Below are positions 53,203 to 62,508 of a stretch of 64,000 bases of DNA, piece after piece. The DNA comes from Oscillospiraceae bacterium. Its GTDB lineage: Bacteria; Bacillota; Clostridia; Oscillospirales; Ruminococcaceae. Numbering within the stretch: the first letter of the stretch is position 1; each line of letters opens with the position of its first letter. The notes beneath the pieces are model-generated. The model made no database searches. It was given only the letters and a program-made list of their open reading frames with translations, and was not told where the DNA came from. A program made the position numbers and the translations under genes. Location: assembly GCA_022508825.1 (NCBI GenBank), contig JAFLUI010000002.1:14140-78139 (forward strand), written 5' to 3'.

Positions 53203-55020
53203 GTGCATACAGAATTTTTAATGGGCAATGAAGCCATTGCAATGGGAGCCATTGCCGCAGGTGTGAGAGTTGTCTCGGGATACCCGGGAACGCCCTCCAC
53301 CGAGGTTCTGGAGACTGCCGCGAAGCAGAATAAAGGGGAGCTCTATGTAGAGTGGTCGGTAAATGAAAAAGCCGCTCTGGAGCTTGCCGCAGGAGCTGCC
53401 TATGCAGGCGCAAGAAGCATGGTCACCATGAAGCAGGTGGGACTGAACGTTGCTTCCGACCCTCTCATGAGCCTTGCCTATGTGGGCGTCAAGGGAGGCA
53501 TGGTCATAATGGCGGCAGACGACCCGGGACCCATCTCCTCTCAGACCGAGCAGGACACCCGTCATTTTGCTTCATTTTCCAAGCTGCCATGCTTTGACCC
53601 TTCCTCTGTTCAGGAGGCATACGACATGATACAGGACGCCTTTGACTATTCCGAAAAATATAAAACCCCCGTCATTTTCAGACCCACTACCCGTGTGTGT
53701 CACGGATATGCGTCCATAAATGTCCGGGAGACAGAGGAATATCATAAATGTGAGCCTGAGGGCTTTATGAAGGACTCCTCAAAATGGGTCATCTTCCCAA
53801 GACTTTCCTATCAGAATCATATAGCCATTGAAAAGAGAAACGCAGAACTCTCCGATGTGTTTTCGGATTACGACAAGAACCGCATATATCCCTCCGGCGA
53901 CCCCTCCTGCAAAAAAGGAGTTGTCTCTCAGGGCATAAGCTTTTCCTATGTGACTGAGGAGCTTAAGGGGAAGGACGCTCCAAGACTTATGAAGGTCTCC
54001 ACGCCGTTTCCCTTTCCCGAAAGGCTTGCAGTGGAATTTTTATCGGGACTGGACGAGGTGCTGTGCATAGAGGAGCTTGACCCGGTTATCGAGCGTGAGC
54101 TGACCTATGTCTGCGGGAAATATCATCTCCCCGCTGTTATACGGGGCAAGATGACGGGAGATATGCCCTCCGCAGGAGAAAATACCAGAGACGGCATAGC
54201 AGAAGCTCTTGCTGCTTTTATGGGTTGGGAGCGTCACGGAAGCGTGTCTCTGCCAGAGTCTCCGCCGCTTCCTGTGCGTCCGCCGGTGCTTTGCGCGGGG
54301 TGTCCGCACCGGGCGTCCTTCTATGCAGTCAAGGCAGCGATGAACGGCAAAAAGACCATTTTCTGCGGGGATATCGGCTGCTACACTCTGGGAAATGCAA
54401 TGCCTCTTGACATGGTAGACACCTGTCTTTGCATGGGTGCGGGAGTCAACATTGCACAGGGAGTGGGAAAGATTGAGCCGGACACCGTCTGCTTTGCTTT
54501 TGTGGGGGACTCCACATTTTTCGCTTCCGCAATTACGGGAGTGGTAAATGCAGTCTACAATCAGGCGAATATGACTCTTGTAGTCCTTGACAACTCCACA
54601 ACCGCCATGACGGGACACCAGCCCCATCCCGGCACAGGTCAGACCATGATGGGAGAGATCGTTCAGAAAATATCAATAGAGCAGATATTGAAGGGCATCG
54701 GCGTGACAGCAGTGGAAACAGTTGACCCTCTTGATCTGGCAGGCTCTGTCGCCTGTGTGAAAAGAATCTCCGCTCTGGAGGGCGTCAAGGCTATTATTTT
54801 CAAGTCCCCCTGTGTGGGTGTATCGAAAAACACCTCCCCTGCAAAGAATGTGGACAGGGAGATATGCATAAACTGCAAAAAATGCATGACCTACCTTGGA
54901 TGTCCCGCTATAACGATGCAGAGCGGTCAGGTCACTATTGACGGCGGTATGTGTACAGGATGCGGTCTGTGCGAGCAGGTCTGTCCTGTAGAAGCAATAG
55001 GAGGGGATGACCATGAATAA
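53203..55020 (+). CDS. iorA: Indolepyruvate:ferredoxin oxidoreductase alpha subunit
   Basis: TPP-enzyme N-terminus LMGNEAIAMGAIAAGVRVVSGYPGTPSTE. Two C-terminal 4Fe-4S motifs, CINCKKCMTYLGCP and CTGCGLCEQVCP. GTG start 1 nt after the kinase stop. Confidence 0.85.
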   Translation: MHTEFLMGNEAIAMGAIAAGVRVVSGYPGTPSTEVLETAAKQNKGELYVEWSVNEKAALELAAGAAYAGARSMVTMKQVGLNVASDPLMSLAYVGVKGGMVIMAADDPGPISSQTEQDTRHFASFSKLPCFDPSSVQEAYDMIQDAFDYSEKYKTPVIFRPTTRVCHGYASINVRETEEYHKCEPEGFMKDSSKWVIFPRLSYQNHIAIEKRNAELSDVFSDYDKNRIYPSGDPSCKKGVVSQGISFSYVTEELKGKDAPRLMKVSTPFPFPERLAVEFLSGLDEVLCIEELDPVIERELTYVCGKYHLPAVIRGKMTGDMPSAGENTRDGIAEALAAFMGWERHGSVSLPESPPLPVRPPVLCAGCPHRASFYAVKAAMNGKKTIFCGDIGCYTLGNAMPLDMVDTCLCMGAGVNIAQGVGKIEPDTVCFAFVGDSTFFASAITGVVNAVYNQANMTLVVLDNSTTAMTGHQPHPGTGQTMMGEIVQKISIEQILKGIGVTAVETVDPLDLAGSVACVKRISALEGVKAIIFKSPCVGVSKNTSPAKNVDREICINCKKCMTYLGCPAITMQSGQVTIDGGMCTGCGLCEQVCPVEAIGGDDHE

Positions 55021-55606
55021 GAACATCCTGCTTTGCGGCGTTGGAGGTCAGGGCACTGTGCTGGCGTCCAAGCTCCTTGCTGCGGCGGCAATGGAAAAGA
55101 ATATCCCTGTCATGAGCGCCGAGACCATCGGCATGGCTCAGAAGGGAGGCAGTGTTTTCAGTCATCTGCGCATGGGGGACGACATTCAGACTCCCATGCT
55201 GGCGAAAGGCTCCGCTGACCTTATCATAGGCTTCGAGCCTGCGGAGGCTGTCCGGATGCTGCCATATCTTGCAGAGGGCGGCAGCGTGGTGGTAAATAAA
55301 TGTCCCGTCATTCCAGTGTCCTCGGTATTGAGCCGCTCCTCCTATGACGGCTCTGAAATGACAGAATATCTTAAGCAGAATGTAAAGAAGCTTACCATAG
55401 TGGACGGCTCCGCCGCCTGCAGTGAGGTGGGCTCACCCAAAGCACTGAATATGGTACTGCTTGGTGCGGCTCTTGAAAGCGGTGTGATTCCCTTTACAGC
55501 GGAGGAGATAAAAAGCGTCATGCAGAAACGGGTAAAGCCACAGTTTTATGAAATAAACTGCCGTGCGCTGGACTACGGGGCACGGTCAGGAAAGGACGGT
55601 ACTTAA
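55007..55606 (+). CDS. iorB: Indolepyruvate oxidoreductase beta subunit
   Basis: 199 aa. N-terminal ILLCGVGGQGTVLASKLL is typical of the gamma/IorB-type subunit. Overlaps the iorA end. Confidence 0.85.
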   Translation: MTMNKNILLCGVGGQGTVLASKLLAAAAMEKNIPVMSAETIGMAQKGGSVFSHLRMGDDIQTPMLAKGSADLIIGFEPAEAVRMLPYLAEGGSVVVNKCPVIPVSSVLSRSSYDGSEMTEYLKQNVKKLTIVDGSAACSEVGSPKALNMVLLGAALESGVIPFTAEEIKSVMQKRVKPQFYEINCRALDYGARSGKDGT

Positions 55607-55607
55607 A

Positions 55608-56843
55608 ATGAAGATATCAGCAGAACAGATAGGGCTGGTGAACAGCAGGATAGCCGCACTGACAGCATCGGACAGCTTTTACGGAAAGAAGCTGAAGGCG
55701 GCAGGGATATCGGAAATAAAGACTTCGGAGGATTTTGAAAAGCTCCCGTTTTCCGAAAAGAACGACCTGCGGGACGCCTATCCTCTGGGACTTATGACAG
55801 CTCCCGAAAATGAGATAGTACGTATACATTCATCCTCGGGAACTACAGGACTTCCCGTCATAATCCCATATACTGCAAAGGACGTGGACGACTGGGCGAT
55901 AATGTTCAGCCGCTGCTACGAGACGGCAGGCATCACAAACATGGACAGGATACAGATAACTCCCGCATACGGTCTGTGGACAGCGGGCATCGGCTTCCAG
56001 AACGGTGCGGAAAAGCTGGGGTCGATGGTCATTCCCATGGGACCGGGCAACACCGACAAGCAGATACAGATGATGATAGACCTGCAAAGCACGGTGCTGT
56101 GCTCTACATCCTCCTATGCACTGCTTCTGGCGGAGGAGATCGAAAAACGTGGCATACGGGATAAAATAAAGCTGAAAAAGGGAGTTTTCGGCTCGGAGCG
56201 CTGGGGAGATAAAATGCGTGAGACCATTGCGGAAAAGCTGGGAATCGAGCTTTATGATATCTACGGTCTGACGGAAATTTACGGTCCCGGCATCGGCATA
56301 AATTGTCCCGGTGAGCGTGGTATGCACTACTGGGACGACTTCCTCTATCTGGAGATAATCGACCCTGCCACGGGAAAAAATGTCCCAGACGGCGAGGTGG
56401 GAGAGATAGTCATCACCACTCTTGTAAAGGAGGGTGCTCCCCTTATCAGATACAGGACCCACGACCTGTCAAGAATCATCCCGGAGCCCTGTCCCTGCGG
56501 AAGCAAATACCCCCGCATCGACACCATCATCGGACGTTCGGACGATATGATGAAGATCAAGGGCGTAAACGTATTTCCCGCACAGATCGAGGAGGTGCTT
56601 AAAACCTTCCCCGAGATATCAAGTGAGTATCAGATACGCATTTCCCATCTGGACGGCAAGGATACAATGCGCATCTATGTGGAGACCAACGGCAGCGTGG
56701 ATTTCGCAGACCTGAGCAGACGCATCGCAGACAAGATCAAGAGTAAAATAGGCTTTACGCCTCTTGTAAAGCCTGTGGAGATAGGCGTTCTGCCAAGAAG
56801 CGAAAAGAAGACAAAGCGTATCATTGACGAACGGTACGACTGA
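55608..56843 (+). CDS. paaK: Phenylacetate-CoA ligase (aryl-acetate CoA ligase)
   Basis: AMP-binding motif HSSSGTTGLPV. About 411 aa in iorAB-paaK synteny. ATG at 55608 directly after the iorB stop. Confidence 0.85.
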   Translation: MKISAEQIGLVNSRIAALTASDSFYGKKLKAAGISEIKTSEDFEKLPFSEKNDLRDAYPLGLMTAPENEIVRIHSSSGTTGLPVIIPYTAKDVDDWAIMFSRCYETAGITNMDRIQITPAYGLWTAGIGFQNGAEKLGSMVIPMGPGNTDKQIQMMIDLQSTVLCSTSSYALLLAEEIEKRGIRDKIKLKKGVFGSERWGDKMRETIAEKLGIELYDIYGLTEIYGPGIGINCPGERGMHYWDDFLYLEIIDPATGKNVPDGEVGEIVITTLVKEGAPLIRYRTHDLSRIIPEPCPCGSKYPRIDTIIGRSDDMMKIKGVNVFPAQIEEVLKTFPEISSEYQIRISHLDGKDTMRIYVETNGSVDFADLSRRIADKIKSKIGFTPLVKPVEIGVLPRSEKKTKRIIDERYD

Positions 56844-56845
56844 TG

Positions 56846-56890
56846 AAAAAATCCGTGGAGTGTCTTTTTGGACATTCCCACGGATTTTTT
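56846..56890. terminator. Bidirectional hairpin terminator
   Basis: AAAAAATCCGTGG (56846-58) pairs with CCACGGATTTTTT (56878-90) between convergent genes. Confidence 0.7.
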
Positions 56891-56902
56891 ATTTGCTTAT
56901 AC

Positions 56903-58081
56903 TCATAGACTTGCTTTTGCAGCTATCTTGTATATTTCGGCGACATCATCGGAGGAAAGACTTACAAAGCCCCCTCTTTTGCCGTCCCCTATGCCAAGCT
57001 TTTTCACAAGTACGGGGATGTCCTCTTCCTTTGCGCCAAGCTCCTCAAAGTTGATTGGCATACCGATGCCGTGGAGGAAGCGCCTGAAGCAGCGGATACC
57101 CTCTAAAGCGGTAGACTCCGGGTCTTCAAAATTCATCTGACAGCCGAAAACTCTGGTAGCCATCTGACAGAAGCGCATAACATCATGCTTGTAGACAAAC
57201 TCCATCCATGAGGGCATTATAACCGCAAGACCCGCTCCGTGAGCGCAGTCGTAAAGTGCGGACAGCTCATGCTCGATGCCGTGGCTGTTCCAGTCCTGAC
57301 TTCTGCCCACTCCAACAAGACCGTTATGTGCAACCATGCCCGCCCACATTATGTTGGCTCTGGCTTCATAGTTGTTTGGGTCTGCTATGACTCTGGGGGT
57401 CTCCTTTACCATGGTTATAAGGACAGCCTCGCAGAGACGGTCTGTTATTTCAACCTCTTTTGTATTGGTAAAATATCTTTCAAAGACGTGAGCCATGATA
57501 TCCGTTGCACCGCAGGCGGTCTGATATGCAGGCAGTGTCTGGGTAAGCTCAGGGTCAAGCACCGAGAATTTCGCCCTCAGCACGTCCGAGCCGGTGCCTC
57601 TCTTTATCAGACCATCCTCCTTAGTGATGACCGAATCTCCCGAGCCCTCGCTTCCTGCCGCTGCGATAGTGAGGACTACGCCTATAGGCAGAGCCTCTTC
57701 AACGTGCTTTCCGCTGTAGAAGTCCCAGAAATCCCCCTCGTAAGGCACTCCTGCGGCAATAGCCTTTGCAGAGTCGATGACAGAGCCTCCGCCTACTGCA
57801 AGGATAAAATCTACATTTTCTTTGCGGCACAGTTCAATGCCCTTATACACAAGAGTGTCACGGGGATTGGGCTGTACCCCTCCAAGCTCCGTGAAGCTTA
57901 TACCGCTGTCTGTCAGGGACTTTTTTACCCTGTCAAGAAGTCCCGACTTTACAGCAGAGCCTCCGCCGTAGTGGATGAGCACCTTGCCCTTGCTGTACTT
58001 TTTCACATACTCTCCGCACTCTGATTCCCTGCCCTTGCCGAATACAAACTCGGTGGGGCTGTAAAAATTAAAATTATCCAT
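56903..58081 (-). CDS. Iron-containing (group III) alcohol dehydrogenase, butanol dehydrogenase/YqhD-like
   Basis: 392 aa with GGGSVIDSAKAIA and the conserved His cluster HGIEHELSALYDCAHGAGLA. Confidence 0.85.
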   Translation of the reverse strand: MDNFNFYSPTEFVFGKGRESECGEYVKKYSKGKVLIHYGGGSAVKSGLLDRVKKSLTDSGISFTELGGVQPNPRDTLVYKGIELCRKENVDFILAVGGGSVIDSAKAIAAGVPYEGDFWDFYSGKHVEEALPIGVVLTIAAAGSEGSGDSVITKEDGLIKRGTGSDVLRAKFSVLDPELTQTLPAYQTACGATDIMAHVFERYFTNTKEVEITDRLCEAVLITMVKETPRVIADPNNYEARANIMWAGMVAHNGLVGVGRSQDWNSHGIEHELSALYDCAHGAGLAVIMPSWMEFVYKHDVMRFCQMATRVFGCQMNFEDPESTALEGIRCFRRFLHGIGMPINFEELGAKEEDIPVLVKKLGIGDGKRGGFVSLSSDDVAEIYKIAAKASL

Positions 58082-58160
58082 GTATTGACCTCCTGCTGTT
58101 TTATTTTAATGCCATTATATCATATAAGAAAATATTATTCAATATATTTTGGATAAACTC

Positions 58161-58189
58161 TTGATTTTTTGGTCTGACCGGTGTATAAT
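58161..58189 (+). promoter_or_regulatory. SigA-type promoter of the larB leader
   Basis: TTGATT (58161-66), a 17-nt spacer, then TATAAT (58184-89). Confidence 0.45.
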
Positions 58190-58282
58190 AATACAGGCGG
58201 CATGAAGCCGTCATTTAAGACGCAGAAGCGTCCCAAAAGATCGGGCTTTATACAATCGGATAAATTTAAATAGTATGCTTTG

Positions 58283-58326
58283 AAAGCACACATATCTCCA
58301 GAAGGGGATAGGTGTGCTTTTTTGAA
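58283..58326 (+). terminator. Intrinsic terminator inside the larB 5' leader (attenuator or candidate riboswitch expression platform)
   Basis: AAAGCACACATATCTCC-AGAA-GGGGATAGGTGTGCTTT followed by TTTT. It ends about 15 nt before the larB start and is on the same strand as larB. Confidence 0.6.
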
Positions 58327-58340
58327 TGCGAGGTAAAGAT

Positions 58341-59093
58341 ATGAATACTGATATAAGAAAACTGCTGGAGGGGGTCAGTGACGGAAGCGTCTCTGTGGAG
58401 GACGCTCTCCTGAAGCTTAAGACCAAGCCCTTTGAGGACATAGGATACGCAAAGGTGGATATGCACCGCAAGCTCCGTCAGGGAGCGGCAGAGGTGATAT
58501 ACGGAGCAGGAAAGACCCCGGAGCATATCATCGGGATAGTGGACACCATGCTTAAAAACGGACAGGACACCATCCTTATCACCCGTCTTTCTGAGGAAGC
58601 CGCCGCCATCGTTGAGGTCACACACCCCATGACTTATTACAAGGATGCCCGCTGCGGCATAGTGGGACGCATACCCGACCCTGACGGCATAGGAAAGATA
58701 GTGGTTGCAACCGGGGGGACAAGCGATATCCCCGTTGCTGAGGAGGCGGCGCTGACAGCGTCCGTCCTTGGCAATGAGGTGGTTCGTCTCTACGATGTGG
58801 GAGTTGCGGGTCTCCACCGCACACTTGCACATCTGGAGGACATCATGGGCGCTTCGGTCATAATCGCCATTGCGGGAATGGAGGGGGCTCTTGCAAGCGT
58901 GATAGGCGGTCTTGCGGACTGTCCCGTTATTGCAGTCCCTACAAGCGTGGGGTACGGAGCGTCCTTTAACGGACTGTCCGCGCTTTTGTCCATGCTCAAT
59001 TCCTGCGCAAGCGGCGTGTCGGTGGTGAACATCGACAACGGCTTCGGGGCAGGCTATATCGCAAGCATGATAAATCACGTCAAAGGAAACTAA
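58341..59093 (+). CDS. larB: Nickel-pincer cofactor biosynthesis protein LarB (PurE-like carboxylase/hydrolase)
   Basis: About 250 aa. PurE-like core VVATGGTSDIPVAEEA...AGMEGALASVIGG with the LarB-type N-terminal extension. Confidence 0.75.
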   Translation: MNTDIRKLLEGVSDGSVSVEDALLKLKTKPFEDIGYAKVDMHRKLRQGAAEVIYGAGKTPEHIIGIVDTMLKNGQDTILITRLSEEAAAIVEVTHPMTYYKDARCGIVGRIPDPDGIGKIVVATGGTSDIPVAEEAALTASVLGNEVVRLYDVGVAGLHRTLAHLEDIMGASVIIAIAGMEGALASVIGGLADCPVIAVPTSVGYGASFNGLSALLSMLNSCASGVSVVNIDNGFGAGYIASMINHVKGN

Positions 59094-59095
59094 GA

Positions 59096-60685
59096 ATGGA
59101 TATCAGAAAAATACTATCTTTGCTTCTGGCGGCTCTCCTGCTTCTGACGGTGCCCTCCTGCGGGGGAAAAAGTTATCCCCGTGACAGGGACAGCATTGTT
59201 ATCGCCATAGGCTCGGAGCCTGAAACTCTTGACCCCGTCAAGGGCTGGGGACACGGGAACTATCCCATAGTCCAGAGCACTCTTGTAAGATACACCGCAG
59301 GTCTTGACTTTGAAAACGACCTTGCCATAGACTACACCTTGTCAGATGACGGTCTGGTGTGGACATTTACTCTCCGTGACGATGCTTATTTCACCGACGG
59401 GGAAAGGGTCACTGCCGCCGATGTGGCTTTCACTCTGGAAACAGCAAAGTCAGCCCATGGCTCCGTTGACCTGACCTACATGGAAAAATCCGTCCCCATT
59501 GACGACAGGACGGTAGAGGTCACACTGTCAGGACCCACCTCCATTTTTCTTAACACCCTTGCATCGGTGGGCATAGTTCCGGAACACGCTTACAGTGAAG
59601 ACTATGGTATCAGTCCCATTGGTTCGGGACCCTACAAGCTTGCAGAATGGAGACCACAGGAGCAGCTTGTCTTTACCGCCAACGAAAATTATTACGGGGG
59701 GGCTCCCTCTATAAAAACCGTTACGGTGGTGTTTATGTCCGAGGACGCAGCTCTTGCCGCTGTCCGTGCGGGACAGGTGGACGTGGCTTACTCCTCCGCT
59801 TCTCTTGGAAAGACAGATGTGGACGGTTACCATATTGAAGCTATACCATCGGCAGACAATCGCGGATTTACCATGCCTGTCCTTCCCGATAAAGGGGAGA
59901 CCGCCGAAAACGGCGCACCTGTCGGAAACAATGTGACCTGCAATATAGAGATACGCCAGGCGGTCGCCTATGGTGTAGACCGTCAGCAGATAGCGGATAC
60001 TGTCCTGAACGGATTCGGACGTCCTGCATATTCCGAAAATGACGGTATGCCATGGAACAACCCCGAGGTGGTGATCGAAACTGACAGGGAGTATGCAAAA
60101 AAGCTTCTTGCCGATGCGGGATGGTCTGACACTGACGGCGACGGTATCCTTGAAAGGGACGGCATCAAAGCGGAATTTAACTGCATATATCCTGCCGGGG
60201 ACTCTGTGCGTCAGGCTGTGGCAATGGCTGCTGCAGAGCAGGTAAAGGATATCGGCATAAAAATAAATGTGGAGGGTACAAGCTGGGACGAAATCTCAAG
60301 ACGGATGTTCTCTGACGCTGTCATGATGGGATGGGGCTCTGCAAATCCAAATGAGACTTACTATCTGTACCGCTCTGAGGGGGCTCTCCTTGACGATTTT
60401 TACAACCCGGAGGGCTACATGAGCGAAGTGACGGACACTTATCTTGACGCTGCCATGAAGGCTCTCACGGAGTCGGAAGCAAATGAATACTGGAAAAAGG
60501 TACAATGGGACGGCACTACAGGCACTGCCATGAAAGGGGAGTGTCCATGGGTGTGGATAGTGAACCTTGACCATGTTACATATGTGCGGGACGGGCTTTC
60601 CATCGGAGAGCAGCCCATACACGGTCATGGACACGGTCTGCCGCTGATACAGAATCTTCAGGACTGGTTTTGGGAGGAATCATGA
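59096..60685 (+). CDS. ABC transporter substrate-binding lipoprotein, family 5 (nickel/peptide type)
   Basis: Lipobox LLTVPSCGG, 529 aa, SBP_bac_5-like pattern. Confidence 0.8.
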   Translation: MDIRKILSLLLAALLLLTVPSCGGKSYPRDRDSIVIAIGSEPETLDPVKGWGHGNYPIVQSTLVRYTAGLDFENDLAIDYTLSDDGLVWTFTLRDDAYFTDGERVTAADVAFTLETAKSAHGSVDLTYMEKSVPIDDRTVEVTLSGPTSIFLNTLASVGIVPEHAYSEDYGISPIGSGPYKLAEWRPQEQLVFTANENYYGGAPSIKTVTVVFMSEDAALAAVRAGQVDVAYSSASLGKTDVDGYHIEAIPSADNRGFTMPVLPDKGETAENGAPVGNNVTCNIEIRQAVAYGVDRQQIADTVLNGFGRPAYSENDGMPWNNPEVVIETDREYAKKLLADAGWSDTDGDGILERDGIKAEFNCIYPAGDSVRQAVAMAAAEQVKDIGIKINVEGTSWDEISRRMFSDAVMMGWGSANPNETYYLYRSEGALLDDFYNPEGYMSEVTDTYLDAAMKALTESEANEYWKKVQWDGTTGTAMKGECPWVWIVNLDHVTYVRDGLSIGEQPIHGHGHGLPLIQNLQDWFWEES

Positions 60686-61677
60686 AAGGAACAGTAAGCC
60701 GTCTTATACGGATATTTTTTTCATACGGTGTCAGGCTTGTTTCCCTGCTGCTGGCGGTGACGGTCGTTACCTTTGCGCTGGTCAGCCTTTCACCTGTTGA
60801 CCCTGTGCAGCAGTATATCCTTGGACTTGGTGCCGCCGTTTCTCCCGAGCAGAGGGCGGAGATAGAGGACTACTGGGGTGTGAATGAGCCTCCCGCAGAA
60901 CGGTATCTTGGCTGGCTCTCACAGGTGCTGCATGGCAATTTAGGGGAGTCCTCCCTTTACCGCAGACCTGTGGCGGATATCATCGGAGAGCGGTTCCGGG
61001 GCTCTTTGGCACTGATGCTCTGCGCATGGGTGCTGTCAGGAGTGACAGGATTTGTTCTTGGCTGCGTTATGGGGATGTACAAAGACAGGCTTCCTGACAG
61101 GATACTTAAAAAGGTCTGCTACATTATCAGCTCCCTCCCAACATTCTGGCTGGGACTGGTTTTCCTGCTGGTGTTTTCGGTGCAGCTGGGCTGGTTCCCC
61201 ATCGGTTTTTCCGCTCCCATCGGTGTCCTTGACAGTGATGTTACCGTCGGACAGCGGATATACCATCTGCTGCTGCCTGCGTTTACACTGAGCCTGATGT
61301 CCTTTGCAAATATCGCACTGCACACCCGTCAGAAGCTGTCGGACGTGCTTGGCAGTGAGTATGTGCTTTTTGCAAGGGCAAGGGGAGAGGGCGAATGGAC
61401 TATCCTTTGCCGTCACGGACTGCGGAATATCCTTATACCTGCGCTGACGCTGCAGTTTGCATCTTTTGCGGAGCTGTTCGGAGGATCGGTCATTGCGGAG
61501 AATGTGTTCAGCTATCCGGGGCTTGGAAGCGCGGCTGCGGCGGCGGGACTTAATTCGGACGTCCCACTGCTTCTTGGGGTGACCCTGTTTTCCGCTCTTT
61601 TTGTTGGAGTGGGCAATATGATCGCAAACCTGCTTTACGGAGTCATTGACCCTCATATAAGGGAGGGAGAACGATGA
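60682..61677 (+). CDS. ABC transporter permease (NikB/DppB/OppB type)
   Basis: 6-TM BPD-type permease with an EAA-like loop. The ATG overlaps the SBP stop (ATGA), and GGAGG lies upstream. Confidence 0.85.
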   Translation: MKGTVSRLIRIFFSYGVRLVSLLLAVTVVTFALVSLSPVDPVQQYILGLGAAVSPEQRAEIEDYWGVNEPPAERYLGWLSQVLHGNLGESSLYRRPVADIIGERFRGSLALMLCAWVLSGVTGFVLGCVMGMYKDRLPDRILKKVCYIISSLPTFWLGLVFLLVFSVQLGWFPIGFSAPIGVLDSDVTVGQRIYHLLLPAFTLSLMSFANIALHTRQKLSDVLGSEYVLFARARGEGEWTILCRHGLRNILIPALTLQFASFAELFGGSVIAENVFSYPGLGSAAAAAGLNSDVPLLLGVTLFSALFVGVGNMIANLLYGVIDPHIREGER

Positions 61678-62498
61678 AGAAGCTGAACCAACGTCAAAAA
61701 ACAGTTATCCTCACCGTCATAATGGCGGTGCTGCTGACGGCGATATATGTCTGCGGAGCACTTATCCCCGATGAGGCTGTAAACGGAAGCTTCCTTGATG
61801 CGGGGCAGTCACCGTCCTTTGCCCACCCATTCGGAACGGATACTCTGGGACGGGATCTGCTGCTTAGGACTGTCAAGGGACTGTCTGTCAGCATGACGGT
61901 AGGGCTTGCGGCATCTGTAATAAGCGGGGTCATTGCAGTGCTGACGGGAGCCGCTGCTGCTTCCGGGTCAAGGCTTGCGGACTCCTTTATAGGCTGGCTC
62001 ATTGACCTTGTAATGAGCGTACCTCATACTATTCTTGTCATGCTTATCTCCTTTGCAATGGGACGGGAACTTAAGGGGCTGCTTATCGGCATCGCCGCAA
62101 CACACTGGTGCAGTCTTGCCCGTGTTATAAGGGGAGAGGTGCTGCAGCTCCGTGACAGACATTATATAGCGGTGTCCCGGAAGCTTGGAAGGTCGTCTGC
62201 ATGGATACTTGCACATCATCTGCTGCCCCATCTGACGCCCCAGTTTTTAGTGGGACTGATACTGATGTTCCCCCACGCCGTACTTCATGAAGCCACGGTG
62301 TCCTTTTTAGGCTTCGGACTGTCCCCCGAACAGCCTGCCATCGGCATCATCCTTTCGGAAAGTATGCGGTACCTGACTGCAGGGATGTGGTGGTCTGCAG
62401 TGCTTCCGGGACTTACCCTTGTGCTTATCGTCCTGCTTATCGACAAGCTGGGGGACTGCCTGAAAATGATTATCGACCCATACACAGTCCAGGAATAG
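61674..62498 (+). CDS. ABC transporter permease (NikC/DppC/OppC type)
   Basis: N-terminal HPFGTDTLGRDLL motif typical of DppC/NikC. Overlaps the upstream gene by 4 nt. Confidence 0.85.
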   Translation: MKKLNQRQKTVILTVIMAVLLTAIYVCGALIPDEAVNGSFLDAGQSPSFAHPFGTDTLGRDLLLRTVKGLSVSMTVGLAASVISGVIAVLTGAAAASGSRLADSFIGWLIDLVMSVPHTILVMLISFAMGRELKGLLIGIAATHWCSLARVIRGEVLQLRDRHYIAVSRKLGRSSAWILAHHLLPHLTPQFLVGLILMFPHAVLHEATVSFLGFGLSPEQPAIGIILSESMRYLTAGMWWSAVLPGLTLVLIVLLIDKLGDCLKMIIDPYTVQE

Positions 62499-62508
62499 GA
62501 GGGAGACT

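Noticed and set aside
58190-58282. Assigning the larB leader to the NiCo (czcD) riboswitch class.
   Set aside because: I could not find the conserved four-way-junction core by eye. NiCo elements typically control exporters. I keep it only as an unclassified candidate leader.
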